The notes beneath the pieces were generated by a model. It searched no databases, had not been told where the DNA came from, and was given only the letters and a program-made list of their open reading frames with translations. 64,000 nt of DNA from a virus. Lineage: Duplodnaviria > Caudoviricetes. The stretch is taken from the IMG/VR virus record IMGVR_UViG_3300035199_000417, positions 893 through 64,892 of that record; one strand, written 5' to 3'. Below are positions 56,092-64,000 of this stretch, one piece after another. Position 1 is the stretch's first letter. The number at the start of each line of letters is the position of its first letter. The translations under genes were made by a program, and so were the position numbers.

Positions 56092-56100
56092 ATTCTAGCA
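56092..56100 (-). promoter_or_regulatory. possible extended -10 promoter for the scaffold-capsid genes
   Basis: TG-C-TAGAAT on the minus strand, upstream of the scaffold ATG; hairpin at about 56134-56174. Confidence 0.35.
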
Positions 56101-56174
56101 CCATGCGAAGAAATTGCCGCAAAGAACTCATTGGGTGTTCTAGATACCCCCTTTGGGGGTGCATCTAGTACACA

Positions 56175-56603
56175 CTAGGGGGTCTCGCGGACCCTCTTTT
56201 CGGCCTTCGCTAGCATAGAAGCGTCGATTGCCGCCCCAGAATGGGGGTTTTTGTCGTAAAAGTTCCTGTGTTCGACGTATCGGAGACGCTCTTTCTCAGA
56301 AGAGAAGTGAGCATTGTAGAACCTCGGCTCCATCGGGTCTTGTTTCCACTCGACGCCGTAGCCGTGTTTCCTTGCGTCTTCCCGCCACTCGTCAACGGAG
56401 TTGTCAATACACCCCAGCGCGGAGGATACGGTCGTCACCGGGCCGGTTTTAACCTCTTGCTCAACCTTTCGTGAGATGTCGCCTTCGTGTACTCGCCTCA
56501 GTAGCTCACCGTCCACCTCAATAAACCCATCCCTTGAGTTCATCATCGTGTCGAAGTCTACTTCAACTATCGTTCCGTCTTCCTTGCGAAACTTATATGC
56601 CAC
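56175..56603 (-). CDS. hypothetical head-module protein
   Basis: GGAGG RBS, GTG start; SSALGC...YNAHFSSEKERLRY. Confidence 0.6.
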   Translation of the reverse strand: MAYKFRKEDGTIVEVDFDTMMNSRDGFIEVDGELLRRVHEGDISRKVEQEVKTGPVTTVSSALGCIDNSVDEWREDARKHGYGVEWKQDPMEPRFYNAHFSSEKERLRYVEHRNFYDKNPHSGAAIDASMLAKAEKRVRETP

Positions 56604-56769
56604 GAAGCTCCTCCCATGATGGGGCCTGAATCACCCAGGTCTCTGTGGGTAAAGAGTCCGGGGTACGAGGTGTTTGAGTCGTCCAGGTCTGAGTGTCGGT
56701 GTCCTTTAGCGGGATCAAATACTCACTCTCCAGGTAATCATTCTCCGAAGGAAGCTCGTTAGGCAACAT
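56593..56769 (-). CDS. 58-aa hypothetical protein (not in ORF track)
   Basis: MLPNELPSENDYLE...WEELRGI; AGGAG RBS; fills the gap exactly. Confidence 0.45.
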   Translation of the reverse strand: MLPNELPSENDYLESEYLIPLKDTDTQTWTTQTPRTPDSLPTETWVIQAPSWEELRGI

Positions 56770-56778
56770 CTCTTTCTC

Positions 56779-57096
56779 CTAAAATTCCTTGAACCCAGTC
56801 CTTAATAAATCACGCAGAGCAACCTCGCTCGCAAGGTCTTTTTCAACACGGGCTTCGTTAACCCTCCCCGGAGAAGATGAGTCCGTGCGATGAAGTTTCA
56901 GAACATCCTTGATGGCCCTTATCTCCTCGCACTTCGTCTTGATGTGATTTTGAACCAACTCCTCGTCACCCGGAAGTGACCTCCCCCTAGACTTGTAATT
57001 CCCCTCAAGCCTCATCATGGCCTCGTACACGGCGTCCGGGGTCTCCTCTAGGTTGTAAAGATTCAGTATGTTCTCTTTATTGGTGCCCATCGGCAT
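56779..57096 (-). CDS. hypothetical protein
   Basis: 105 aa, immediately after the portal gene. Confidence 0.5.
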   Translation of the reverse strand: MPMGTNKENILNLYNLEETPDAVYEAMMRLEGNYKSRGRSLPGDEELVQNHIKTKCEEIRAIKDVLKLHRTDSSSPGRVNEARVEKDLASEVALRDLLRTGFKEF

Positions 57097-57102
57097 CCCA
57101 TC

Positions 57103-58998
57103 TTACATTGGAAGCGGCGCTCCCTGCTGGGCCTGTAACTCCGGTAATCCACCCGGTGACTCTGCACCCGGACCTGGGCCACCCGGCCCTGCGGTGGGGG
57201 GGGCCTGCTGCTTGGAAGTATTGATTACCGATTCAGTAGCCATACTCGGAGTGCCCTGCGGACCCACCTTATTCAAACCCGCTTGAGCCAAGTCTTGTCC
57301 GCTAAACTTAATAAACTCACGCAGCCTGGGTTCGTTGGTTAACTCGGAGAACAATTCTAGCAGCCGCTCAAAATCTATCTGACCACCCTGCTGCATCAAT
57401 CCGTCCTGGAACTGAGCGAATAGATTAAGCATGTTCGTGATGTTTTGTACGCGATCATCGGGACTTTGGTATCCCATGCTGAAGATGTCAATGTCCAGGT
57501 TGTAGTCGATGAAGTCTCCCTCCCTCATCTCTGGCGTCCAAGTCGCATTTACATTGACATTCTCCGTGCCTTCGACGGTATATTTGGCGGGCATCTCCTT
57601 CACTTCATCCTGCCAGAGCATGAATCCCAGGTCTCTGACCAGCGACGTGGCTGCCTCGACCACGCGATACTGCATCTGGGCCTCCTTCTTTGACGCCTGG
57701 GACTTGACGATTTGTTCCTGGCGAGCGGTCGGGGCAGACGCCCCCAGCCCGGCCTGCATCTGAAGATTGCCAGACATCCGATCAAACATATCGACAATGC
57801 CGCCAAGGAACTGGGCATTGAGTTCGTCTACGCCGCCGATCTGCACTTCCCGTAGCTCTCCGTTCTCCTGAACCTGCACCCAGGCATCAGCGCCAGCCCG
57901 CTGCACTCGCTGCGCGTCCTTGTGTGATGCCGGGGGATAAGTATGCACCCTGCGAGCGGCCCTCGCGGAAGCGGCGTTCTTCCGCATTATATTGTTGGCC
58001 AACTTAGACAGGTTATTAAGATGGCTGGCTGGACTTGTGGGCATGATGTTCTCGGGAACGTCATTAAATGATAGAAGGTGATACGGCCCGAACTCGGGAC
58101 CATCCCAATCCATCACAGCCAGCGGTTTGTGTCGCCCCTCGAATCTCTTGGCGTGATCCATGGCGAATGTATAAATTTTGTTGTCTCGGGGGAGCCACAA
58201 ATCCATGAGGTCGATCATCGGCTCGTATTCGTCGGGGTCTGTGGCCGCGCCCCTAGAAATAAGTTCCAGCCGCTCTCTCTCTTGGTGGAACTTTGAAGTC
58301 GGATTCAACTCCTTGACGACATCCTGATCCCAGAGTTCGCTATCATCCAGGTCGGAAAAGGGGATGCGATAGCTGTCGCCAGCGTACTGCACCTCGGAAT
58401 ACTTCTTGGCCGTCATGTCATACACGAAGTTGTCGAGACTGACATTGCTGGCGAATGGTTTTCCGGGGTCCATCCATAGGTCTGGCTCGACCTCCACCTG
58501 TCCAGAGTCGGCCATGTGAACCTTGACCACGCCGACACAAAAAAATGCGTCTAGCACCCAACGACGTATCGTCTGTTCAAGACCTATTTCTTTAATCAAA
58601 TTATTAGTTGCGGTCTCAAATACCTTCGCGAAGAATAAAAGGTCGTCGTGGTGTGTGGAGATCAGAACCCTGGGGCGGTTCGCAGCGAGGGCCATTGTGT
58701 AAGCCTCGACTGCTTGGTTCATCAGGTTCATGTAGATTTCGTGTCTCGGCCCCTCTCCCTGACCGTATGAGGAGCCCACATACTCTTCGACCAAGTTGTG
58801 CATCAAGGAACGAAACGGCTGCAATTTCTCGTAAGACTTTTGGACGGAACTTAGCAGTCTGTTGCGGGTGGTCTCGTCGCCCATCCCCTTCGGCCTGAAC
58901 ACCTCTTCTCGGCCAAAGGCGTCTCGCTTCTTGTCTTTCTCACCAGTGTATTGCCCTGACTGGCTAGACTTCTCCCCGGTGTACTTACCATCTGCCAT
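57103..58998 (-). CDS. portal protein
   Basis: 631 aa after TerL; ANRPRV, GVVKV, FVYDMTA, FGPYHLLSFNDVP, APTARQEQI; Q/P/G-rich tail as in P22/podoviral portals. Confidence 0.85.
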   Translation of the reverse strand: MADGKYTGEKSSQSGQYTGEKDKKRDAFGREEVFRPKGMGDETTRNRLLSSVQKSYEKLQPFRSLMHNLVEEYVGSSYGQGEGPRHEIYMNLMNQAVEAYTMALAANRPRVLISTHHDDLLFFAKVFETATNNLIKEIGLEQTIRRWVLDAFFCVGVVKVHMADSGQVEVEPDLWMDPGKPFASNVSLDNFVYDMTAKKYSEVQYAGDSYRIPFSDLDDSELWDQDVVKELNPTSKFHQERERLELISRGAATDPDEYEPMIDLMDLWLPRDNKIYTFAMDHAKRFEGRHKPLAVMDWDGPEFGPYHLLSFNDVPENIMPTSPASHLNNLSKLANNIMRKNAASARAARRVHTYPPASHKDAQRVQRAGADAWVQVQENGELREVQIGGVDELNAQFLGGIVDMFDRMSGNLQMQAGLGASAPTARQEQIVKSQASKKEAQMQYRVVEAATSLVRDLGFMLWQDEVKEMPAKYTVEGTENVNVNATWTPEMREGDFIDYNLDIDIFSMGYQSPDDRVQNITNMLNLFAQFQDGLMQQGGQIDFERLLELFSELTNEPRLREFIKFSGQDLAQAGLNKVGPQGTPSMATESVINTSKQQAPPTAGPGGPGPGAESPGGLPELQAQQGAPLPM

Positions 58999-59080
58999 CG
59001 TGACATCCTTTTCTTGGCTGGCTATTGAGGCGGGACTACAACCCTACTTACACCATCATAATCGACTGTTTCTGGATTGC

Positions 59081-61045
59081 CTAACTCCATTGTCCCGTTA
59101 ATTTTCCCACCTCCCTGTCGTCCCACTCATCTGCATTCTTGGGCTTCTCGGCCTCGGCCATCCTAGCCGCCATGCAGTATGGAGGGATCAGACCTGTGTT
59201 GAGCGCCTCATCATTCAGACTAAGGCTTTTCCCAACCGGACGGTCGATAGCCGCTTGCACCGCTACTACAAATGCCATCACCCTGTCGCCGTGGGCCGCG
59301 CCCTTGGTGGCGTCTGATGGGCTCTTCGTTGCGGTAAGGTGTTCGATCTTTCCATTGAGCATGACATACTCGCTGCACTCCTGCCTGAGCGACTCACTGC
59401 GAATCTTGATCTCGCCCTGTTCGACCATGCGGATGAAGTCAGCGAAGCCCGCATCCTTGGACGCCGGGTTGGTGTGCCACCCTATGTCTTGCGTCTTCCG
59501 CTTACCTCGCTTACCCCATATGGTTCTCATGTAGATGTTGGGGTAGCCGATTTCCTTTACTCGCTTTGTGAACCCGCCTCCATAGTTGATTTCCCACGCT
59601 AGGTATCCCTCATGGAACCACTTGGCTATAGCGACCGCCTGCTCCCCAAACTCACTGGGCTCCACGATGTTTGTGGCGTACTCCATGACCTGGGTCATCG
59701 TTATGAGGTCTATCACCTGGATGACGGAGTTTGAGGTGTGGCTTCCGCCGAGGCCAGAAGAGATGTCTGCCGCAATGGCGTAAGACCTCAATGGTGGTCG
59801 ATTGCTGTGATCCAGGTTGCACCAAACCTTGATCGGGCCACCCCTGGCCTCCTGAAAGGACATCTCATGCTTTACCCGGTCTACTACGAGCGTCCCCTCA
59901 TATCTTATAGGCAGAACCGATTCCTTCGCTTTCTTAAAGAACCCAGGCCCCATGATACGGTGAACCGAGCCGCCGTAATCTCGATCCAGTTCCTGTGCGA
60001 TGGACTGTGGAGTTGCGCCGGGCCTATCGCACTGTCGGTCGTACCATGGAGACCTGAGCTTGTTCTCTAACTTGAACCCCTTTTGTCTCAGCCTTGAGAA
60101 CAGATCGAGAGTGTTCTGGTCGGGAGGATCGTAGTTCTTAGGCAGCGGATTTTTAACGTCCGATACCACCGGCTTCCCATGGACGAGTTTATAGAGCCCT
60201 TTGTTTCTCGACTCGTTCTGCTTCCAGTCTAGAATTAGCTTGACCATGTTGGACGGCGTGTGCATTAGCTTGTAGTATTCGCCCTCCGCACCCTTGGGCG
60301 TGGAGATTAGCACACGGGATTCCGTAACATGCTGGGTTGACGCCATGGCCTCGCTGTCTTGTGGGCGGGGAAACTTTGCGAGTTCGTCAAACAAAATCCA
60401 GTATTTACGACCACCAGTCGTAACGTCCCCCGTTGCCGAGTAGCCCACTATCTGCGAACCATTCCGATTGTTCTTCAGGATGTGCTTCGACACGTTCCGG
60501 GAATAGTCCTTTGACAGCTTGTCGGTAGTAGCCGACTTCTCGCCCGCCATCCAAGGCGGCAGCTTCGTCAACTCCCAGTCGGCCTTCCAGAACAGCGAGT
60601 CGGGGTCTTCCGGGTTGTCTACCGCCAGTTCTGTTCTCGATATGAAACCGATAGCGGACATTGGCTCAAAAATCCAATCGTGGAGAGCCAACAAGATAAA
60701 CATCCAGGATGCCCCCTCGCCACGGGACTTCTCTATGCCGACATCGGAGTAGCCAATCGCCTCCCTAGCGGCCAGAATGACGGGGTCTTGGTGTTCCCAG
60801 GTGATGAATGGGATGATGGTGGGGTATTTCGTTCCGTTCTTGGCCTTTTTCGGCCTCGGCTCATACAGCCAACAAAAGGCGTTGAAGAAGAAAAGCACGT
60901 CTTCACGGCAGGCGTCCATGATCGACTTCTGCACATTGAAGTTGTTCTCGGCCTGGGCGAGAATTATCTCTCGCTGCCTGATGTTAGTGTCGAACTCCTT
61001 ACCACCCTTGGCACAAAAGGCTTCGTAATGTCTAGTTGTGGGCAT
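59081..61045 (-). CDS. terL: terminase large subunit
   Basis: PFITWEHQ, IEKSRGEGASW, ILFDELA, ISTPKG, nuclease IAADISSG and HGDRVMA. Confidence 0.92.
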   Translation of the reverse strand: MPTTRHYEAFCAKGGKEFDTNIRQREIILAQAENNFNVQKSIMDACREDVLFFFNAFCWLYEPRPKKAKNGTKYPTIIPFITWEHQDPVILAAREAIGYSDVGIEKSRGEGASWMFILLALHDWIFEPMSAIGFISRTELAVDNPEDPDSLFWKADWELTKLPPWMAGEKSATTDKLSKDYSRNVSKHILKNNRNGSQIVGYSATGDVTTGGRKYWILFDELAKFPRPQDSEAMASTQHVTESRVLISTPKGAEGEYYKLMHTPSNMVKLILDWKQNESRNKGLYKLVHGKPVVSDVKNPLPKNYDPPDQNTLDLFSRLRQKGFKLENKLRSPWYDRQCDRPGATPQSIAQELDRDYGGSVHRIMGPGFFKKAKESVLPIRYEGTLVVDRVKHEMSFQEARGGPIKVWCNLDHSNRPPLRSYAIAADISSGLGGSHTSNSVIQVIDLITMTQVMEYATNIVEPSEFGEQAVAIAKWFHEGYLAWEINYGGGFTKRVKEIGYPNIYMRTIWGKRGKRKTQDIGWHTNPASKDAGFADFIRMVEQGEIKIRSESLRQECSEYVMLNGKIEHLTATKSPSDATKGAAHGDRVMAFVVAVQAAIDRPVGKSLSLNDEALNTGLIPPYCMAARMAEAEKPKNADEWDDREVGKLTGQWS

Positions 61046-61679
61046 CGGGGAGGTCATCCAGGATGTTGGTGATGATACTCCTGACCTCAACTAGGGTCGG
61101 GTCTTTTTTCCGAATTACCTCGGCCTCTTCCTTCTTGTGAACGACCGGCTGGGGTGGAGGCTTTTCCGCTGCCTGCAACCCCTTGAAGAACTCCTTGGGC
61201 TCGTTGCACCAATACTGCAACTTGTTTACAGCCGCCTGAGATGGGGCCTCCAGAACGTCATCAATCGACAGGATGACTTTATTGGCCTTGGGATTGCGGG
61301 CTCGTCGCCGCATGGCGGGGTGGGATGCGATCCAGTTGTTCTCGGTCTTGGGGACAGTCTTCAGCGGGAAGCGATTGACAATCGACTCGAACTCCGACTG
61401 GGCCGCGATGTCACCCTTTTGGAGGTCCGACTCCACTTGGAGGTACTGCCTGAATAGCTCTCTCTCTTCAGTGGCCCCGCGATAGTCGTGATCCCCGGCA
61501 ATCCTGTGGACAATCGTCGAGTACCCTTTCTCGCCTGTCTCCTTTTTGATCGCGAGAATCTCCCGCTTTACCTTCCTCCAGTTGCCCTCTCGCTCCAGAC
61601 GAAACTGCCACAGGGCGTGAGGATCATCATGCTCTGTATGGATTTTCTTCTTAGGTTGCGTCCTTGCCATTCGCTTCAT
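61032..61679 (-). CDS. hypothetical protein, candidate terminase small subunit
   Basis: Directly upstream of and overlapping TerL; position only. Confidence 0.4.
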   Translation of the reverse strand: MKRMARTQPKKKIHTEHDDPHALWQFRLEREGNWRKVKREILAIKKETGEKGYSTIVHRIAGDHDYRGATEERELFRQYLQVESDLQKGDIAAQSEFESIVNRFPLKTVPKTENNWIASHPAMRRRARNPKANKVILSIDDVLEAPSQAAVNKLQYWCNEPKEFFKGLQAAEKPPPQPVVHKKEEAEVIRKKDPTLVEVRSIITNILDDLPDAHN

Positions 61680-61935
61680 TTCCGAAGAGGACCGAGTCGG
61701 TCAGCCGTCTCAAGGCCCGTGTCGGAGTAGTTTCTTCAACTACCCAATTATCCTTAGCTTTTATGATCGGCAACTCTTCTCCTTCTGTCAACCCGTCCAT
61801 AGAATCAGCTATGCCAGGGGGTATCGCAATCGCAGTGTATTTGCTATCTTCATTAACGAAGAGTTGGATAGTCCACCCGTTGTCGAGTAGCTTCATACTC
61901 TCGTCTCCTGGCGCTAATGCATCAAATTCTTCCAT
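61651..61935 (-). CDS. hypothetical protein
   Basis: MEEFDAL... start with GAGG/AGGTG upstream. Confidence 0.5.
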   Translation of the reverse strand: MEEFDALAPGDESMKLLDNGWTIQLFVNEDSKYTAIAIPPGIADSMDGLTEGEELPIIKAKDNWVVEETTPTRALRRLTDSVLFGNEANGKDAT

Positions 61936-61964
61936 GATTACCACCTGCCTCGAAGGTACTTTGC

Positions 61965-62183
61965 ATGGACGCAAGGCCGCACTCCGTATGGACATGCCCA
62001 ATGTGCGGAAGAGAAATCGTTTCTCAGCCTGGACTCAGGCCCAAAAAATGCAACAAGTGCAAGACCCCTGGCGGAGACCTGTCTTACAGGGGTGGACGGT
62101 GGGAACTCAAGGAAATCAAGGAGCCAGAAGATGATAGACGTGATCCACGGAAACAGCATAAGCGTAATCCCGACCCTGGGTAA
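61965..62183 (+). CDS. small zinc-ribbon protein
   Basis: CPMC...CNKC. Confidence 0.45.
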   Translation: MDARPHSVWTCPMCGREIVSQPGLRPKKCNKCKTPGGDLSYRGGRWELKEIKEPEDDRRDPRKQHKRNPDPG

Positions 62184-62880
62184 ATTCGACTTCTGCTTCC
62201 TTGACCCACCATTCAACGTGGGCCAGAAATACCCCGGATATGACGATAATCTCCCCAGGGATGAGTTCGAGTTTAATATCCGCCTAGCCACCCTTCGCTC
62301 CTGGGATGCCTGCGATGGAGTTATGGCCTGCATGGGAACCGATGACTTGGTCAAACTCTGGCTTGCCATGGAAGACAAAGCCAACATGACGCGAGTAAAC
62401 TGGGTTCAGTGGTACTACGACTTTGGCCAAAATAACCCTCATGGCTGGACTGACTCCCGTCAGCACATCCTGATCTACGCCCGAGAGGGTTACACCCGAA
62501 ATCCGAAGGACGTTTTCATTTCCACAGCCAGGGATACCAAGTACAAAGACAAGCGCACAAAGGTAACCAAAAACCCTGGCCTAAGAATGCCCGGCAAGAT
62601 TTGGGGGCTTCCCCAGGACGGGCCCCACTGGGGCCGTGTAGTAGGCAATTCTAAAGAACGAGTACCTGAACTACCAAATCAACTGCCGCTTCGTCTACTA
62701 CAGAGACTGATCCTCTACTACACCAATAAAGGCGACCGAGTCCTTGACCCCTTTGCTGGTGCAGGCACAACAGCGATGGTTTGCAAACACGAAGAGCGTG
62801 ACTGCGTGACAATCGACGTTTCAGATGTGAACGTCAAGCTGATTAACGAGCGGCTGGAAAACGGCGTGTACCGGAGCTAG
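62131..62880 (+). CDS. DNA amino-methyltransferase (N4-C/N6-A, beta-class motif order)
   Basis: DPPFN near the N-terminus; VLDPFAGAGTT near the C-terminus; AAGGAG RBS. Confidence 0.92.
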   Translation: MIDVIHGNSISVIPTLGKFDFCFLDPPFNVGQKYPGYDDNLPRDEFEFNIRLATLRSWDACDGVMACMGTDDLVKLWLAMEDKANMTRVNWVQWYYDFGQNNPHGWTDSRQHILIYAREGYTRNPKDVFISTARDTKYKDKRTKVTKNPGLRMPGKIWGLPQDGPHWGRVVGNSKERVPELPNQLPLRLLQRLILYYTNKGDRVLDPFAGAGTTAMVCKHEERDCVTIDVSDVNVKLINERLENGVYRS

Positions 62881-64000
62881 CGCTTCGCCCACGGATAAAC
62901 CTCAACTGCCTTCTTGTGCCAGTCCGGGTCGTTCTTTACCGGGGTGTAGAGATTGCACTCAGCAAGATCAACCCTCGCGGACTCGTCATTGAAGTACGCC
63001 CGCTTGTTCTTGTTGGCAATGCCATACGCCTGACCAACCGTCATGCCCGAGTTGGCCGCTGCGAAGATTCCAGACCGGAAGAAGTCGGTATCCTTCTTAA
63101 GCCGCTTCTTCTTAATCACGGAACCAACCCTCTTAACCAGCGTCCCGTCAGACTGGAAGATTCTACGGGACGACCGCTTGAAGATATTCCCGCAGATGCA
63201 CTTGTTTGGCAATATCCTCCACGCCCGATTGCACTTCGGACAGAGAAATGGCTCCGTCTCCTCGTCCAGGGCAGATTCCCGTCTCTTGCGAGCCTTTGTC
63301 CGAATGCTTCTGATGGTGTCGTCCAGGCACCAACCCCTGTCCTCGTTTGGACTGCCGAGCCCCGGCTGCCACCAAGCCCCGGCGTGGTCTTGCAAGGTAG
63401 CATGGGTTTTGCCAGGGGCCGCTCTCAGTACCCTGCCTATGGCCTGAAGGTAAACCACAACAGATTTTGTGGGTCTACAAAAAATTGCGTGTGAAACCGC
63501 TGGCAAGTCCCAGCCCTCGGTGATGATCCCATAACTGGCCACCATCTTGATAACACCGGACTCCAGGTCGCTGAACGCTTGGTTCCTTACCTCGTCGCTG
63601 GTCTTCGCCTCCAGGTGGACACTGGGAACGCCAGCATTGGTGAAGTATTCCGCGATCCACCTAGACTCGGGGACACCCGGAGCGAACAGGACCGTGGGAC
63701 TCTGGAGCGGGTTCAATCTATGATAGTGATCCAGGATGTCGCCAATCACGGCATGTTTAACCTGATTGAAGCGATCCCGCATCGCAGACTGGACGTAGTC
63801 TTCGCCGTCGTCAGATACCCCGGTCATGTCAATCTCACTCGGACTGAACACGTCACAGGGGACGATCACGCCACGCTTTCTCAACTCGGAGTTGTAGATC
63901 AGGTTCACTAGGTCGTGGTAAATCTTGCCTAGCCCGACCGGCGTGGCTGTGAACCCGATTTGGTAGGCCCCCGCCGCCTCATGGCGTTCCATAATTTCCT
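62877..64000 (-). CDS. SF2 (DEAD/DEAH-like) helicase, 5' end outside the window
   Basis: GFTATP (III), ITEGWDLP (V), YLQAIGRVLR (VI), C-terminal CPKC...CICG. Confidence 0.9.
   Translation of the reverse strand, partial: EIMERHEAAGAYQIGFTATPVGLGKIYHDLVNLIYNSELRKRGVIVPCDVFSPSEIDMTGVSDDGEDYVQSAMRDRFNQVKHAVIGDILDHYHRLNPLQSPTVLFAPGVPESRWIAEYFTNAGVPSVHLEAKTSDEVRNQAFSDLESGVIKMVASYGIITEGWDLPAVSHAIFCRPTKSVVVYLQAIGRVLRAAPGKTHATLQDHAGAWWQPGLGSPNEDRGWCLDDTIRSIRTKARKRRESALDEETEPFLCPKCNRAWRILPNKCICGNIFKRSSRRIFQSDGTLVKRVGSVIKKKRLKKDTDFFRSGIFAAANSGMTVGQAYGIANKNKRAYFNDESARVDLAECNLYTPVKNDPDWHKKAVEVYPWAKR

Noticed and set aside
1-64000. Genome-wide UGA reassignment (code 4 or 25) as the explanation for the protease UGA
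   Set aside because: Many genes end at TGA with ATGA/TGATG coupling, and the 5265-aa and 2164-aa ORFs have no internal TGA, so the code is standard and any readthrough is site-specific
1-64000. tRNA genes, including tRNA-Sec, and rRNA
   Set aside because: Intergenic gaps are short and I saw no cloverleaf or T-loop signature; tRNAscan-SE/Aragorn would be needed to exclude them fully

Overview
This window is most of a tailed dsDNA phage or prophage genome with podovirus-like organisation, almost entirely on the minus strand. The host is probably a planctomycete, judged from the ECF sigma factor and the DUF3127 SSB. Left to right: a short plus-strand block with a sigma70 promoter and an ECF sigma factor; a MoxR/RavA AAA + vWA + DUF6744-like module; a minimal tyrosine recombinase; a recombination block (Sak4-like ATPase, SSB, PD-(D/E)XK nucleases); an envelope/secreted block; ClpP and a metallophosphoesterase; a 5265-aa polyvalent protein; internal virion, nozzle, adaptor and fibre genes; major capsid, scaffold, portal and terminase; a DNA methyltransferase; and an SF2 helicase cut by the window end. 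Four observations stand out. (1) A secreted trypsin-like protease has an in-frame UGA (CPPGGT-UGA) followed by a SECIS-like hairpin, making it a candidate phage selenoprotein. (2) A head-tail adaptor is encoded as nine fused copies (2164 aa). (3) The giant protein's domains are separated by a recurring R-[AFY]-S-[FYL] motif. (4) A membrane-anchored metallothionein-like micro-ORF is missing from the ORF track. All family assignments come from motif recognition by eye; no searches were run.
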